Below, in pieces: positions 1 to 9,312 of a DNA stretch of 42,342 nt. Below the pieces are notes generated by a model, which was not told the DNA's origin, did not search any database, and saw nothing but the letters and a program-made list of their open reading frames with translations. The position numbers and the translations under genes were made by a program. Every line of letters starts with the position of its first letter. Position 1 is the first letter of the stretch. The stretch comes from Thermoanaerobaculia bacterium (GTDB lineage Bacteria; Acidobacteriota; Thermoanaerobaculia; Multivoradales; JAHEKO01), in contig JBFGLX010000002.1 of NCBI GenBank assembly GCA_041575955.1, positions 1 through 42,342 of the forward strand, given 5' to 3'.

Positions 1-2955
1 GGCGCGGTGATCGACAAGACCGGCCGCGGCACGATCATCGACCTCTTCCAGCTCAACCCGTTCGTCGATCCGGCGTTCAACACCTCGGGGCTGTGCGGCG
101 GCCCGACGCCGAACTGGCAGGACGTGGACTGTCTCGACGGCTCGAACCCCACCCAGAGCCTGATGAAGACCGTGGCCGAGAGCGTCGGCATCTTCGTCGA
201 CGTCAGCGGCACGAACGTGTCGAGCTGCTCGGCGGCGCTGATCGACTCGGACCTGATCCTGACCGCGGCGCACTGCATCAACGACGAAGGCATCGCGTCG
301 GGCTCGTTCACCCTCGACTTCGAGCTCGCCTGCGGCCCGGCCACGCCGCCGGGCTACAACCCGAAGTTCTACAAGGTGCTCGGTCCGCCGCCGGTGCGCT
401 CCGGCTTCGCGTCGCCGCCGGCGTCGAGCCTGGACTACGCCGTCCTGCAGATCGACACCAGCCCGGGCCTCAGCGCTCCGCCGCTCCAGATGCGGCCGGA
501 CCATCCCGGCACCGGCACCGAGGTGTTCGCCATCCACCACCCCCGCGGGGCGCCCAAGAAGGTCTCCCGCAAGCCGCTCGATCCGCAGTGCCAGGTGTTC
601 AGCAACCCGGATCTCAGCGTTGTCGATTTCGCCTGCGACATCGACAACGGCAGCTCGGGCTCGCCGCTGCTCGATCTCGCCGGCCGGATCGTCGGCGTCA
701 ACGACTGGCGGCTGGGGCCGTGCGTGCGGGCGCAGGCGACCACCGTGATCCGGCCGGACCTCATCTCGCCGGTGCCGCCGCCGGTCGACGTCGACACCAT
801 GCTGGTGTTCGATCGCTCGGGGAGCATGAGCATGACCGCTCCCGGCGGCGACACCAAGCTGGCGGACGCCAAGGAGGCGGCGGGGCTGTTCTACGACCTC
901 TTGCGCACCGACGCCAGCCACAAGGCCGGCCTGGTCACCTTCAGCGACACCCTGTCCACCGACCACGACCTCGCTCCGATCACGCCGGGCGCCAAGGACA
1001 CCCTGCTGGGCGTGCCTCACGGCTCGGGCGGCAAGGTCGGGGCGATCACCGCCGGCGGCCTGACGACGATCGGCGGCGGCCTCGAGCGCGCGCAGCAGCG
1101 GCTCGACCTCCTGGGCGGCGTCAACACGCCGACCATCCTGCTCATGACCGATGGCCTGCAGAACCGGGCGCCGATGGTCGCCGACGTCGAGCCGGGGCTC
1201 GCCGGAACGCGCATCTGCGCGGTCGGCTTCGGCAGCGAGGCGAGCCTCGACGGGCCGCTCCTGACCCGGCTGGCGCGCGATCACGGCGGGCTCTACACCC
1301 GCGCCGACCGGGGGCTCGATCTCAAGAAGTTCTTCGCCCTCTGCTTCGGCAACATCTTCGAGAGCGGCATCTCGATGGACCCGACCTATCGCCTGGCGCA
1401 GGGGCAGACGGTCTCGCAGGTGATCGACATTCCGGTCTGCGGCGAGACCAGCCTGACCGCCGTCGTCGCCTGGGAGACCTCGGCCACCCGGCTCTTCCTG
1501 CGTCTCGAGAGCCCGGCCGGCGCGATCGTCGGCGCGGCGACGCCGGGGGTCACCGCCTCCTCCGGCCTGACCTGGGCCTACCTGCGGTTGCCGCTGCCGT
1601 TCAACGGCGAGCGTGACGGCATCTGGAGGCTGACGGCGTTCCGGCTCGAGGGCACCGGCGAGTTCGGCGATCCCCTCAACGCGGAGGAGTTCGTCGCCGT
1701 GTCGGTCGTCGACGGCGGACCGAAGCTCCAGGCGGTGCCCCTGCCGACCCTCTACACCGGCGACCTCCTGGCGCCGCTCGTGACCCTGCGCGACGACAGC
1801 GGACGGATCTACCATGCGGACATCGCGGTCGAGCTCGAGCGCCCCACCGAAGGCACCGGCAACCTGCTGACGAGGTCGGGCCTGGGCCCGGCGATCACCA
1901 TCGACGGCGATCAGCTCGACGCGCGCACCAGCACGCTGCTGAGCCTGGAGCGCGACCAGGCGGGCCCGCTGATTCCGACCTCGATCCTCAACCTCGCCCT
2001 CAAGGACGACGGCGACAACGACGAGGGCGCGCTCGAGGAGGACGGCAGCTTCGGGGCGCGTCTCGAGGACACGCTGACGCGGGAGGGGCACTACACGTTC
2101 CACGCCGTCGCCTCCTACGGCGAGGAGTGCGCGGCGCGCCGCGAGCACTTCTGGAGCGCTTACGTGTCGGTCGGGATCGATCCCGGAGCGACCGACGTGG
2201 ACGTCCGGCCGGCGGGCACGCTACCCGACGGACGTGAGCGGGTGACGCTGGTCTTCACGCCGCGCGACCGCTACGGCAACTACGTCGGCCCCGGCCGCGG
2301 CGACTCGTTCGAGATCGAGCCGCGCCCGGGCAGCGAGCCGCTCGGCGATCCGACCGATCTGGGCGACGGCAGCTACGAAGTGGACGTCGCCTGGGACCCG
2401 GGCTCCGGCGAGCCGCCCGGCTTCGGCGTCGGCCAGCCCGACCGGGCGCCGGTCGACGTCGCCGGCGAGCCGCCGGTCGAGCCGGTCGCCCCCGACCGCG
2501 GGCGCGCCTGGGGCCTGGCCTTCGGCTCGGCGATCCCGGCGGGCAGCTCGAATCTCACGCTCGACCCGGGCTTCGGCGCCCTGGTCAGCTACCGGCATCG
2601 GCTGGCGCCGCGGGCCTCGCTGGTCGCCGGCCTCGGCTACGCCGGCTTCGACGGCGACGGCGTGCCCGATCTGGCGCTCTTCGACCTCGGCGTCGCGGGA
2701 CGCTACGACAGCCGCCCCGATCCGGCGACCCGCTTTTTCGTCAAGGGCGGGCTCGGCTACTACGGACCGGAGACCGACTTCGGCAACGGTACCGGCGGGG
2801 CGCACCTGGGGGTGGGCGTCAGCGTGCCGATCCGGGGCCCGGCCGCCCATCCACCGCTCGAGCTCGAGCTGTCGCTCGAAGGGCATCGGCTGTTCGACGG
2901 CCGGCGCGAGCCCGATTTCCTGCGCGCGCTCGTCGGGCTCGTCGTGCGCCACTGA
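1..2955 (+). CDS. Multidomain protein, 5' end probably outside the window: trypsin-like serine peptidase + von Willebrand factor A domain + Ig-like middle region + C-terminal OMP-like beta-barrel
   Basis: The frame of ORF 7..2955 is open back to base 1 and no signal peptide is visible, so the gene is likely 5'-truncated. Chymotrypsin-fold triad motifs are present: LILTAAHC (His codon 271-273), DYAVLQI (Asp) and DNGSSGSPLL (Ser about 655-657). The vWA MIDAS motif LVFDRSGSMS starts about 799, followed by LLMTDGLQN. The last ~150 aa (from ~2500) show a Gly/aromatic alternating strand pattern (GLGYAGFDGDG, FFVKGGLGYYG, GAHLGVGVSV). Confidence 0.8.
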   Translation, partial: GAVIDKTGRGTIIDLFQLNPFVDPAFNTSGLCGGPTPNWQDVDCLDGSNPTQSLMKTVAESVGIFVDVSGTNVSSCSAALIDSDLILTAAHCINDEGIASGSFTLDFELACGPATPPGYNPKFYKVLGPPPVRSGFASPPASSLDYAVLQIDTSPGLSAPPLQMRPDHPGTGTEVFAIHHPRGAPKKVSRKPLDPQCQVFSNPDLSVVDFACDIDNGSSGSPLLDLAGRIVGVNDWRLGPCVRAQATTVIRPDLISPVPPPVDVDTMLVFDRSGSMSMTAPGGDTKLADAKEAAGLFYDLLRTDASHKAGLVTFSDTLSTDHDLAPITPGAKDTLLGVPHGSGGKVGAITAGGLTTIGGGLERAQQRLDLLGGVNTPTILLMTDGLQNRAPMVADVEPGLAGTRICAVGFGSEASLDGPLLTRLARDHGGLYTRADRGLDLKKFFALCFGNIFESGISMDPTYRLAQGQTVSQVIDIPVCGETSLTAVVAWETSATRLFLRLESPAGAIVGAATPGVTASSGLTWAYLRLPLPFNGERDGIWRLTAFRLEGTGEFGDPLNAEEFVAVSVVDGGPKLQAVPLPTLYTGDLLAPLVTLRDDSGRIYHADIAVELERPTEGTGNLLTRSGLGPAITIDGDQLDARTSTLLSLERDQAGPLIPTSILNLALKDDGDNDEGALEEDGSFGARLEDTLTREGHYTFHAVASYGEECAARREHFWSAYVSVGIDPGATDVDVRPAGTLPDGRERVTLVFTPRDRYGNYVGPGRGDSFEIEPRPGSEPLGDPTDLGDGSYEVDVAWDPGSGEPPGFGVGQPDRAPVDVAGEPPVEPVAPDRGRAWGLAFGSAIPAGSSNLTLDPGFGALVSYRHRLAPRASLVAGLGYAGFDGDGVPDLALFDLGVAGRYDSRPDPATRFFVKGGLGYYGPETDFGNGTGGAHLGVGVSVPIRGPAAHPPLELELSLEGHRLFDGRREPDFLRALVGLVVRH

Positions 2956-2974
2956 CGGCGGGTGGGCCCGGGGT

Positions 2975-3727
2975 CTACCCGCTGAGGGTCTTGTCGACGT
3001 AGGCGCGGATGGCGCGCCGGGTGGACGCGGCCCGCCAGATTCGCTCCACTTCGGCGTCGGCCGTCGCCGCCGCTGCGATGCGGTCGAGGGCCGGGCGGCG
3101 GATCTGGAGCTTGGTCAGGGCGTAGGTCTGGCGATCGACCGAGCCGAGACCGGTGGTGACCTCGGTGGCGCGGTCGAGCAGCCGCTCGGGGGGCACGACC
3201 TCGTCGACCAGCCCCAGCCGCAGCGCCTCGTCCACCCCTGTGGTCCCGGCCAGCAGCACCGCCTCCTGCAGCCGGCGGTCGCCGGTCACGAAGCGCAGGA
3301 TCTCGAGCGCGGCCGTGGGGTAGGGCACGCCGACCTTGAGCTCCGGGACGCCCACGGTGACCTCGCCGGCGGCGGCGATGCGCCGGTCGCAGGCGCAGGC
3401 CAGGATGCAGCCGCCGGCGACGGCGTGGCCGTTGAGCGCCGCCACCACCGGCAGCGGGCTGCGAAACACCCGCCCGAGGCCGCGCGCGATGAGCGGCACG
3501 AAGCGCTCGAGGTAGGTCTCGTCCTCGGCCAGCACCCGGCGGAGGTCCACCCCGGCCGAGAAGATCCGCCCCTGCCCGGTCAGCACCAGCGCGCGGCAGG
3601 ACGGATCCGCCTCGGCCGCGTCGAGCTCGGCCATCAGGCCGTCGAAGAGCTCGACGTCGAAGGCGTTGGCCTTGCCGTGCGCCATCCGGACCACCCGGAC
3701 GCCTTGCTGATTCTGCCCTTCGAACAT
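2975..3727 (-). CDS. Enoyl-CoA hydratase/isomerase (crotonase) family protein
   Basis: 250-aa ORF. The ATG at 3727 is preceded by GAGGAG. Crotonase motifs are ALVLTGQGRIFSAGVDL and the oxyanion-hole region LNGHAVAGGCILACACD. Confidence 0.85.
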   Translation of the reverse strand: MFEGQNQQGVRVVRMAHGKANAFDVELFDGLMAELDAAEADPSCRALVLTGQGRIFSAGVDLRRVLAEDETYLERFVPLIARGLGRVFRSPLPVVAALNGHAVAGGCILACACDRRIAAAGEVTVGVPELKVGVPYPTAALEILRFVTGDRRLQEAVLLAGTTGVDEALRLGLVDEVVPPERLLDRATEVTTGLGSVDRQTYALTKLQIRRPALDRIAAAATADAEVERIWRAASTRRAIRAYVDKTLSG

Positions 3728-3879
3728 CGGCTCCTCGTTCTCAGACTACCGGAAACGTGCTCGCCCAGAAGGATCTCGATCTCATCGGCTCGCACTCGCG
3801 CGAAGCTTCGCCCAGGAAGCTGCGGGAGACGAGGTAGGAAGGCCGTCGGCTCGCGCGCGCCTGGCGGGCGTCGTGCCGG

Positions 3880-5817
3880 TTACGGGCTCGCCGCGGCGGC
3901 AGGCGTCCGTTTCACCGCCCGCCGGTCGATGTCCGCCTCGGGCAGGAGCTCGTTGAGCGCCATCCGGATCTGGCCGTTGGCGCCGTCCTGGGCGAGCGCG
4001 GCGAGCCGCGCCAGCGCCGGCTCGAGCTCGCCCGGGGGCGCCGGCTGGAGCTTGCCGACGAAGATCTTCGGGTGCCGGGTGCGGTCGCACTGCTCGCCGG
4101 CGAGCTCGAGCTCCTCGAACAGCTTCTCGCCCGGTCCCAGGCCGGTGAAGACGACCGGGACCTGGTCGTTGCCCGACAGGGCGATCATGTCGCGGGCGAG
4201 GTCGAGGATCTTGACCGGCTCGCCCATGTCGAGGATGAGGATCTCGCCGCCGCGGCCGATCGCGCCCGCCTGGAGCACCAGCTGGGCGGCCTCGGGGATG
4301 GTCATGAAGTAGCGGGTGACTTCGGGGTGGGTGACGGTCACCGGACCGCCGCGCTCGATCTGCTCGCGGAAGATCGGGATCACCGAGCCGGCCGAGCCCA
4401 TGACGTTGCCGAAGCGCACCGCCAGGAAGCGGGTGTCCGGGTACCTGGCGTCGAGCTCCTGGCAGGCGAGCTCGGCCAGCCGTTTGGAGGCCCCCATCAC
4501 CGAGGTCGGTCGCACCGCCTTGTCGGTCGAGATGAGCAGGAAGACCTCGACGCCGGCCTCGCCGGCGAGCCGGCCGAGCCGGTCGACCGCGAGCACGTTG
4601 TTCTTGATCGCCTCGTCCGGGTGCCGCTCCATCAGCGACACGTGCTTGTGGGCCGCAGCGTGGATCAGCAGCTCCGGCGAGCAGGCGCTCAGGATCCGCC
4701 GCATGCGTGGCTCGTCGGAGACGTCGGCGACCAGCGGCTCGATCTGCAGCTGCGGCCAGAGGTCGCGCAGCCGCCGATCGCTCTCGAACAGCGCCGCCTC
4801 GGAGCGCTCGACCAGGGTGAGCTTGCGCGGGCTGAACCGCGCCGCCTGCAGCGCCAGCTCCGAGCCGATCGAGCCGCCGGCGCCGGTGACCAGGACCGCC
4901 TTGCCGGTCAGGAAGCTCTCCAGCGTCTTCTGCTCGAGCCGCACCGGCTCGCGGCCGAGCAGGTCCTCGATCTGGATGTCGCGAATCCGGCTGATCGAGA
5001 CGTGCCCGGTGAGGATCTCGTAGAGCCCCGGGATGATGCGGACGTGGAGGCCGGCGCGCTCGCAGGTGTCGACGATGCGGCGGATGGTGCCGGCGCCGGC
5101 GGTGGCCATGGTGATGATGACTTGGCTGACCTCGAGCTGCTTCGCCAGGCGGGGGATGTCCGCGGTCGTGCCGAGGACCTTGACGCCCTGAATGACGGTG
5201 CCCTTCTTTTGCGGGTCGTCGTCGACGAAACCGATCGGCTGGATGTCGCCGGCGCCGCGGACGACGAGCTCCTTGACCGCCTGGACGCCGGCGCCGCCCG
5301 CGCCGGCGAGCAGGACCTGGGCGCGCCGGGCGCCGGCGCCGCGCTTGTCGGTCTGGCGGCGGCGCTCGGTGCGCTCGTAGAGCGAGCGCCGGAAGACCCG
5401 CAGCGCCAGCACGCCGCCGAAGGCGCAGACGGTGTCGATCAGGATCACCGACAGCGGCACCCGCCACTCGGCGAAGGCGTCGGGCAAGCCCAGCCGCAGC
5501 AGCAGCAGGGGGGCCGCCGAGTAGACCGCCCCGCGCAGGAACGTGCGCACCTCGGCCATGCCGACATAGCGCCAGACGAACTGATAGACGCCCGTGAAGA
5601 GCAGAATCAGGAACTGCACCAGGACGACCACCGGCAGCTGGATCAACATCCGCAGCCGATACTCTTCGGGAATCTGGAAATCGAAGCGCAGCAGGTAGGA
5701 GAGGGCGAATGCGGCGCTGAGCACCACCAGGTCGAGGACCAGGTGCAGCTGCCGCCGGTAGTGCTGCGTCCAGGAGCTGGAGCTCAGATCGGCCGCGCTC
5801 TTTTCGGTTTCGGTCAC
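3880..5817 (-). CDS. Membrane-bound UDP-sugar 4,6-dehydratase, CapD/WbpM/PglF family
   Basis: This is the C-terminal 645 codons of ORF 3880..6855. The GTG at 5817 overlaps the upstream stop (GTGA). It has N-terminal TM helices (LVLDLVVLSAAFALSYLL, LIQLPVVVLVQFLILLF), Rossmann motifs (VLLAGAGGAG, VLVTGAGGSIGSEL) and the family signature STDKAVRPTSVMGASKRLAE. Confidence 0.9.
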   Translation of the reverse strand: MTETEKSAADLSSSSWTQHYRRQLHLVLDLVVLSAAFALSYLLRFDFQIPEEYRLRMLIQLPVVVLVQFLILLFTGVYQFVWRYVGMAEVRTFLRGAVYSAAPLLLLRLGLPDAFAEWRVPLSVILIDTVCAFGGVLALRVFRRSLYERTERRRQTDKRGAGARRAQVLLAGAGGAGVQAVKELVVRGAGDIQPIGFVDDDPQKKGTVIQGVKVLGTTADIPRLAKQLEVSQVIITMATAGAGTIRRIVDTCERAGLHVRIIPGLYEILTGHVSISRIRDIQIEDLLGREPVRLEQKTLESFLTGKAVLVTGAGGSIGSELALQAARFSPRKLTLVERSEAALFESDRRLRDLWPQLQIEPLVADVSDEPRMRRILSACSPELLIHAAAHKHVSLMERHPDEAIKNNVLAVDRLGRLAGEAGVEVFLLISTDKAVRPTSVMGASKRLAELACQELDARYPDTRFLAVRFGNVMGSAGSVIPIFREQIERGGPVTVTHPEVTRYFMTIPEAAQLVLQAGAIGRGGEILILDMGEPVKILDLARDMIALSGNDQVPVVFTGLGPGEKLFEELELAGEQCDRTRHPKIFVGKLQPAPPGELEPALARLAALAQDGANGQIRMALNELLPEADIDRRAVKRTPAAAASP

Positions 5818-6755
5818 GGGGATTTTATCGATCCTAACGCAGCCGGGGCTTCCCGCGGCTGTTGGGCTCGCCACTTCAGACGGGCCAGCGGCCAGATGCC
5901 GCCGACCAGCAGGCGGGCCAGATGCTTCGCGGAGCGTGGATTGTACGCCACGGCCTGGCGAAAGTGGTATCGCATCCGGTCCTTGAGACCCAGCCGGGCG
6001 GCGCGCACCCCGGCGACCGCGTGGTAGGCGGCCAGCGTCTCGGGATCTCGCGCAAGCCGAGCGGCGTGGCGCTCGAGGATCTTCTCCGTGCCGCGAAGAT
6101 AGCGCTCCGCGTCCTTGCTGAGCCGCGTGCCGGCGTGGAGATGGCGGCGCACGAGTACCCGATCGATGACGGCGGTGGGCGCGTTCTGCCCGGCGCACCA
6201 ATCGGTCAGCCGGAATCCGAGCTCGGTGTTCTCCGAGCTGGTCAGCTCCTCGTCGTAGCCACCGACATCCTCGAACGCTTGGCGCCGCACGGTGAAGGTG
6301 CCGGCGAGAAAGAGGCCGGTGTAGTCGTGGAAGAGCGGACCCAGCGGATGGGGCAGGAGAGCCGAGCCCTCGCGTCCCCGTTCGTCGATCTCCTGCATAC
6401 CGCAGAAGATCAGCGCCGGTCCGGCCGGCCGCTCCGCTTCCGACGTCAGGGCCGACAGCCAGTCGGGAAGCACTTCGTCGTCGCTGTCGAGGAACGTGAC
6501 GAACTCGCCGCCGGCCACGCTGGCGCCCAGGTTGCGGGCCGCCGCGGCGCCGGCATGGTCCTGCGATTCGATCCGGACCGATCCGCCGAATCGCTCCCGG
6601 ATCGACCGAGCCATGCCGTCGGTCGAGCCGTCGTCGGCCACGATGATCTCGAAGCCGCGCGCGTCCTGGGCGAGGACGCTCTCCACCGCCCGAACGAGCA
6701 GCTCCTTTCGGTTGTGGACCGGGATGATGACCGAGACGCGCATCCGCCGGCTCAC
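5814..6755 (-). CDS. Family 2 glycosyltransferase
   Basis: Motifs are VSVIIPVHNRKELLVRAVESVL, IIVADDGSTDG and DxD in FLDSDDEVLPDW. The GTG at 6755 overlaps the sulfotransferase stop (GTGA). An alternative ATG at 6743 would give MRVSVIIP. Confidence 0.88.
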   Translation of the reverse strand: MSRRMRVSVIIPVHNRKELLVRAVESVLAQDARGFEIIVADDGSTDGMARSIRERFGGSVRIESQDHAGAAAARNLGASVAGGEFVTFLDSDDEVLPDWLSALTSEAERPAGPALIFCGMQEIDERGREGSALLPHPLGPLFHDYTGLFLAGTFTVRRQAFEDVGGYDEELTSSENTELGFRLTDWCAGQNAPTAVIDRVLVRRHLHAGTRLSKDAERYLRGTEKILERHAARLARDPETLAAYHAVAGVRAARLGLKDRMRYHFRQAVAYNPRSAKHLARLLVGGIWPLARLKWRAQQPREAPAALGSIKSP

Positions 6756-7669
6756 CCGCTGACGAGATCGGGCCAGGGAGGCGTGCGCCCCACCAGGACT
6801 CCCAGCCGCTCGACGTCGGGCCGGAAATGCCGTCGCAACAGCTCCACCGAATCACGGTCCGGCTTGCCGCCCGGAGCGGAATCGACCGCCTGGTGCCTCC
6901 AGTACCAGCGCAGGACGCCGTCCCTTCGGGCTTTCGGCAGGAGCCTCCAGAAAAGCCGCGGGAGCTGGGCGGCTCGGAGCCATCTCACCGGTCCGCGGAG
7001 ATCCCGACTCCTGCTGCCCACGTTGTAGCGGGCGTCCAGGTTCGGCGGCCGAAAGCCCGCGGCCAGTCCGAGGAACTCCAGCACCCGGTCGAGCTCGGTC
7101 CCCGTTCGCTCGGCATAGGTCTCGGTAAACAGCACGAGCAGCCTCTCCCTGGGCAGGTATCCGTACCAATCTTCCAGCAGGCGGCCGTACTCGCTGGTCA
7201 CGACGTAGGTGTCGATACGATCGTCGGAGGCCCAGGGCAGCGAGCGCGCCCGCTCGGCGTGCTCGGGCCGCACCTGTTCGGCCACCACCGCCGCGAAGTC
7301 CCGCCGCTCCCGGCCCCGCCTCACCTCCATACGGTAGGCGGAGTAGGTGCGATCGATGGGGTTCCTGAGCATGGCGATCAGCCGGGCCGAGGGACAGTCG
7401 CGGGCGATGCGCCGGATCGAGCGGACCCCGTCCTCCATGTACTGGGGCGTGATCGTTCCCCACAGGGCGTCGGCGTCGGCTCCGGCGAAGAAGCGGTCCA
7501 GGTACCAGCCCAGGCCCTTCTCGTACCAATCGTCGCGCGCGAAGAAGGGTATCTCCTTCTCCGGCGGCAGATGGATGCGGCGGTGCCGCCGCAGGTGCTC
7601 GAAGAGCGTCGTGGTCCCGCTCTTGCGAGCTCCGACGACGAGGAAGTCGAGTCCGTTCCGGTGCGTCAC
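6752..7669 (-). CDS. PAPS-dependent sulfotransferase family protein
   Basis: This is the C-terminal 305 codons of ORF 6752..8239. The GTG at 7669 overlaps the flippase stop (GTGA). The 5'-PSB loop is FLVVGARKSGTTTLFEHL and the 3'-PB motif is LRNPIDRTYSAYRM. Confidence 0.85.
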   Translation of the reverse strand: MTHRNGLDFLVVGARKSGTTTLFEHLRRHRRIHLPPEKEIPFFARDDWYEKGLGWYLDRFFAGADADALWGTITPQYMEDGVRSIRRIARDCPSARLIAMLRNPIDRTYSAYRMEVRRGRERRDFAAVVAEQVRPEHAERARSLPWASDDRIDTYVVTSEYGRLLEDWYGYLPRERLLVLFTETYAERTGTELDRVLEFLGLAAGFRPPNLDARYNVGSRSRDLRGPVRWLRAAQLPRLFWRLLPKARRDGVLRWYWRHQAVDSAPGGKPDRDSVELLRRHFRPDVERLGVLVGRTPPWPDLVSG

Positions 7670-9162
7670 CGGCCGGCTCCGACGGGGTCGTGGCTTCGCT
7701 CTCCCGCCCGCAGCGCCCGCAGCGCTCTGGCGAGGGATCTTCGGGCCGGGGGGCAGAGGGTGAGAAAGAGCCCGTAGCTCATCAGGAAGGAACCGGCGAT
7801 CTGCAAGGCTGCCGCATGCGTGGGGTCGAGGGTGGCGGGCCAGCGGACCGCCGCCAACAGCGCGCCCGTCAAGGCGATCGCCAGGAGAGCGCCAAGGTAG
7901 AGGCGCGTCAGCGGTCCGCGCGAGATCGCCGCGGTCCGGACAACCGTCTCGATCTGTACCGGCAGGTAGAGGGCGCTCGTGGCGACGAGGCTGGCGGCGA
8001 CTCCGAGAACGCCCCACGGAAGGCCCGCCGCGACCGCCACGACCGTCAGTGCCGCGCGCCCGATTTGCAGCCGGAAGAGACGATCCGACCTCCCCATCGC
8101 GAGCAGCACCGATCCGCCGACATGCAGAGTCGACTGGAAGAGGGCCACGCCGCAGAGGACCTGAAGCACCGGAACGGCGCCTCGCCACTGCTCTCCGAGG
8201 AGCAGTGGGACGATCGCGGGCGCCGCGACGGCGACCCACGCTATCCCCGGCCAGATAAAGGCGATGAGGACGCCGACGCTGCGCAGGTAGCCTTCCTGGA
8301 GACGGCGGCGCTGCTCGCTGATGGTCGACATGACCGAGAAAAGGACTCTACCAGCGGGGCGGGAGACGTACTGAAGCGGCAGCACGACGGCCTGGTACGA
8401 GAGGCTGTAGAGGCCGAGGGGAGCGCTGCCCACGAACTTGCCGATCAGGATGCTGTCGATGTTGCTGGTCACGAACCTCAGGAAGCCGGCTCCGGTGAGG
8501 AACTTCCCGAAGTCCCAGAGCTCGAGGAGCTCGGCCTTCGACCAGCCGAGGCCGGGACGCCACCCGCTGGCGAAAACCGCCACCGCGAGGGAGATGGCGG
8601 CGGCGACCACCGCCCCGAGGGCGAGCGCCTGGGCGCCGCCTCCCGCCCGGGCCGCGGCGACGGCGGCGAGCCCGCCGCCGCCCACCGCTAGTACCGCGGC
8701 GACTCCGAGCGCGCGGAAGGTGAGGTCGCGCTGCAGCCGGGCGACGAAGACCGTCCCCACGCAGTCGAAGAGGGCGACCAGGGCCATCAGCCTCACCAGG
8801 CCGCCGACGCTCTCTTCGCCGAAGAACGCGGCGAGAAGAGGGGCGGCGACCCAGAACAGCCCCCCGAAGACGAGACCGATGGCCACGCTGGTCCAGAAGG
8901 CGGTGTTCAAGCACGATTGGCTGACCCTGTTCCTCTGCACGAGAGCGGAGCCGATGCCGAGGGCGCCGAGCGCCAGCGTCAGCGAGACCGGCAGCATGGC
9001 CATGGCCAGCAGGCCGAAGTCCTCGGGCGCCAGGATCCGGGCCAGGACGACTCGGAAGACGAGATGCACCAGCTGCCGTGCGACCTGGCTGCCGACCATC
9101 CAGGCGGTGCCGACGCTGGTCGCTCCGAGCAGCGAGGTCCGTTCGTCGCGCCGGTCCGACAT
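7666..9162 (-). CDS. wzx: Polysaccharide flippase, Wzx-like (MOP superfamily)
   Basis: 498-aa ORF starting at the ATG at 9162. It is hydrophobic throughout, with about 12-14 TM segments. The N-terminus VARQLVHLVFRVVLARILAPEDFGLLAMA is typical of polysaccharide biosynthesis/Wzx proteins. Confidence 0.8.
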   Translation of the reverse strand: MSDRRDERTSLLGATSVGTAWMVGSQVARQLVHLVFRVVLARILAPEDFGLLAMAMLPVSLTLALGALGIGSALVQRNRVSQSCLNTAFWTSVAIGLVFGGLFWVAAPLLAAFFGEESVGGLVRLMALVALFDCVGTVFVARLQRDLTFRALGVAAVLAVGGGGLAAVAAARAGGGAQALALGAVVAAAISLAVAVFASGWRPGLGWSKAELLELWDFGKFLTGAGFLRFVTSNIDSILIGKFVGSAPLGLYSLSYQAVVLPLQYVSRPAGRVLFSVMSTISEQRRRLQEGYLRSVGVLIAFIWPGIAWVAVAAPAIVPLLLGEQWRGAVPVLQVLCGVALFQSTLHVGGSVLLAMGRSDRLFRLQIGRAALTVVAVAAGLPWGVLGVAASLVATSALYLPVQIETVVRTAAISRGPLTRLYLGALLAIALTGALLAAVRWPATLDPTHAAALQIAGSFLMSYGLFLTLCPPARRSLARALRALRAGERSHDPVGAGR

Positions 9163-9312
9163 GGCTAGGCCGTCGGAGATCGTGGCTGGTCGAGTTCCTC
9201 GGGCTCGCGCATTTTCATCGATCGAGCCTTCCGTGCCAGGCTAGCGCCGAGCTTACCTTGCGCCGCCCGGACCGAGTCAATTGCACCCTCCACAAGTCGC
9301 GGGGCGGAGGCT

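Noticed and set aside
3800-3811. A 12-bp perfect palindrome, GCGAAGCTTCGC, in the crotonase-CapD intergenic region.
   Set aside because: About ten 12-bp palindromes are expected by chance in a window of this size. There is no flanking symmetry or repeat copy.
3782-6855. ORFs 3782..5467(-), 4072..6027(+), 4316..5023(+) and 5862..7028(+), and the N-terminal 346 codons of ORF 3880..6855.
   Set aside because: These are Arg/Pro/Gly/Ala-rich shadow translations that overlap genes with clear CapD and GT2 motifs. The long N-terminal extension runs through the GT2 gene in another frame. A GTG at 5817 in GTGA coupling gives a normal-length CapD protein.
9163-9312. A sigma-54-like TGGCAC element (minus strand, complement of about 9232-9239) and a TTGACT...TAAGCT pair in the gap upstream of wzx.
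   Set aside because: The GG-N10-GC spacing of a sigma-54 promoter is not met; GC falls 8 nt after GG. The sigma-70-like pair has a 19-nt spacer and a weak -10. An internal promoter here is plausible but is not supported by the sequence alone.
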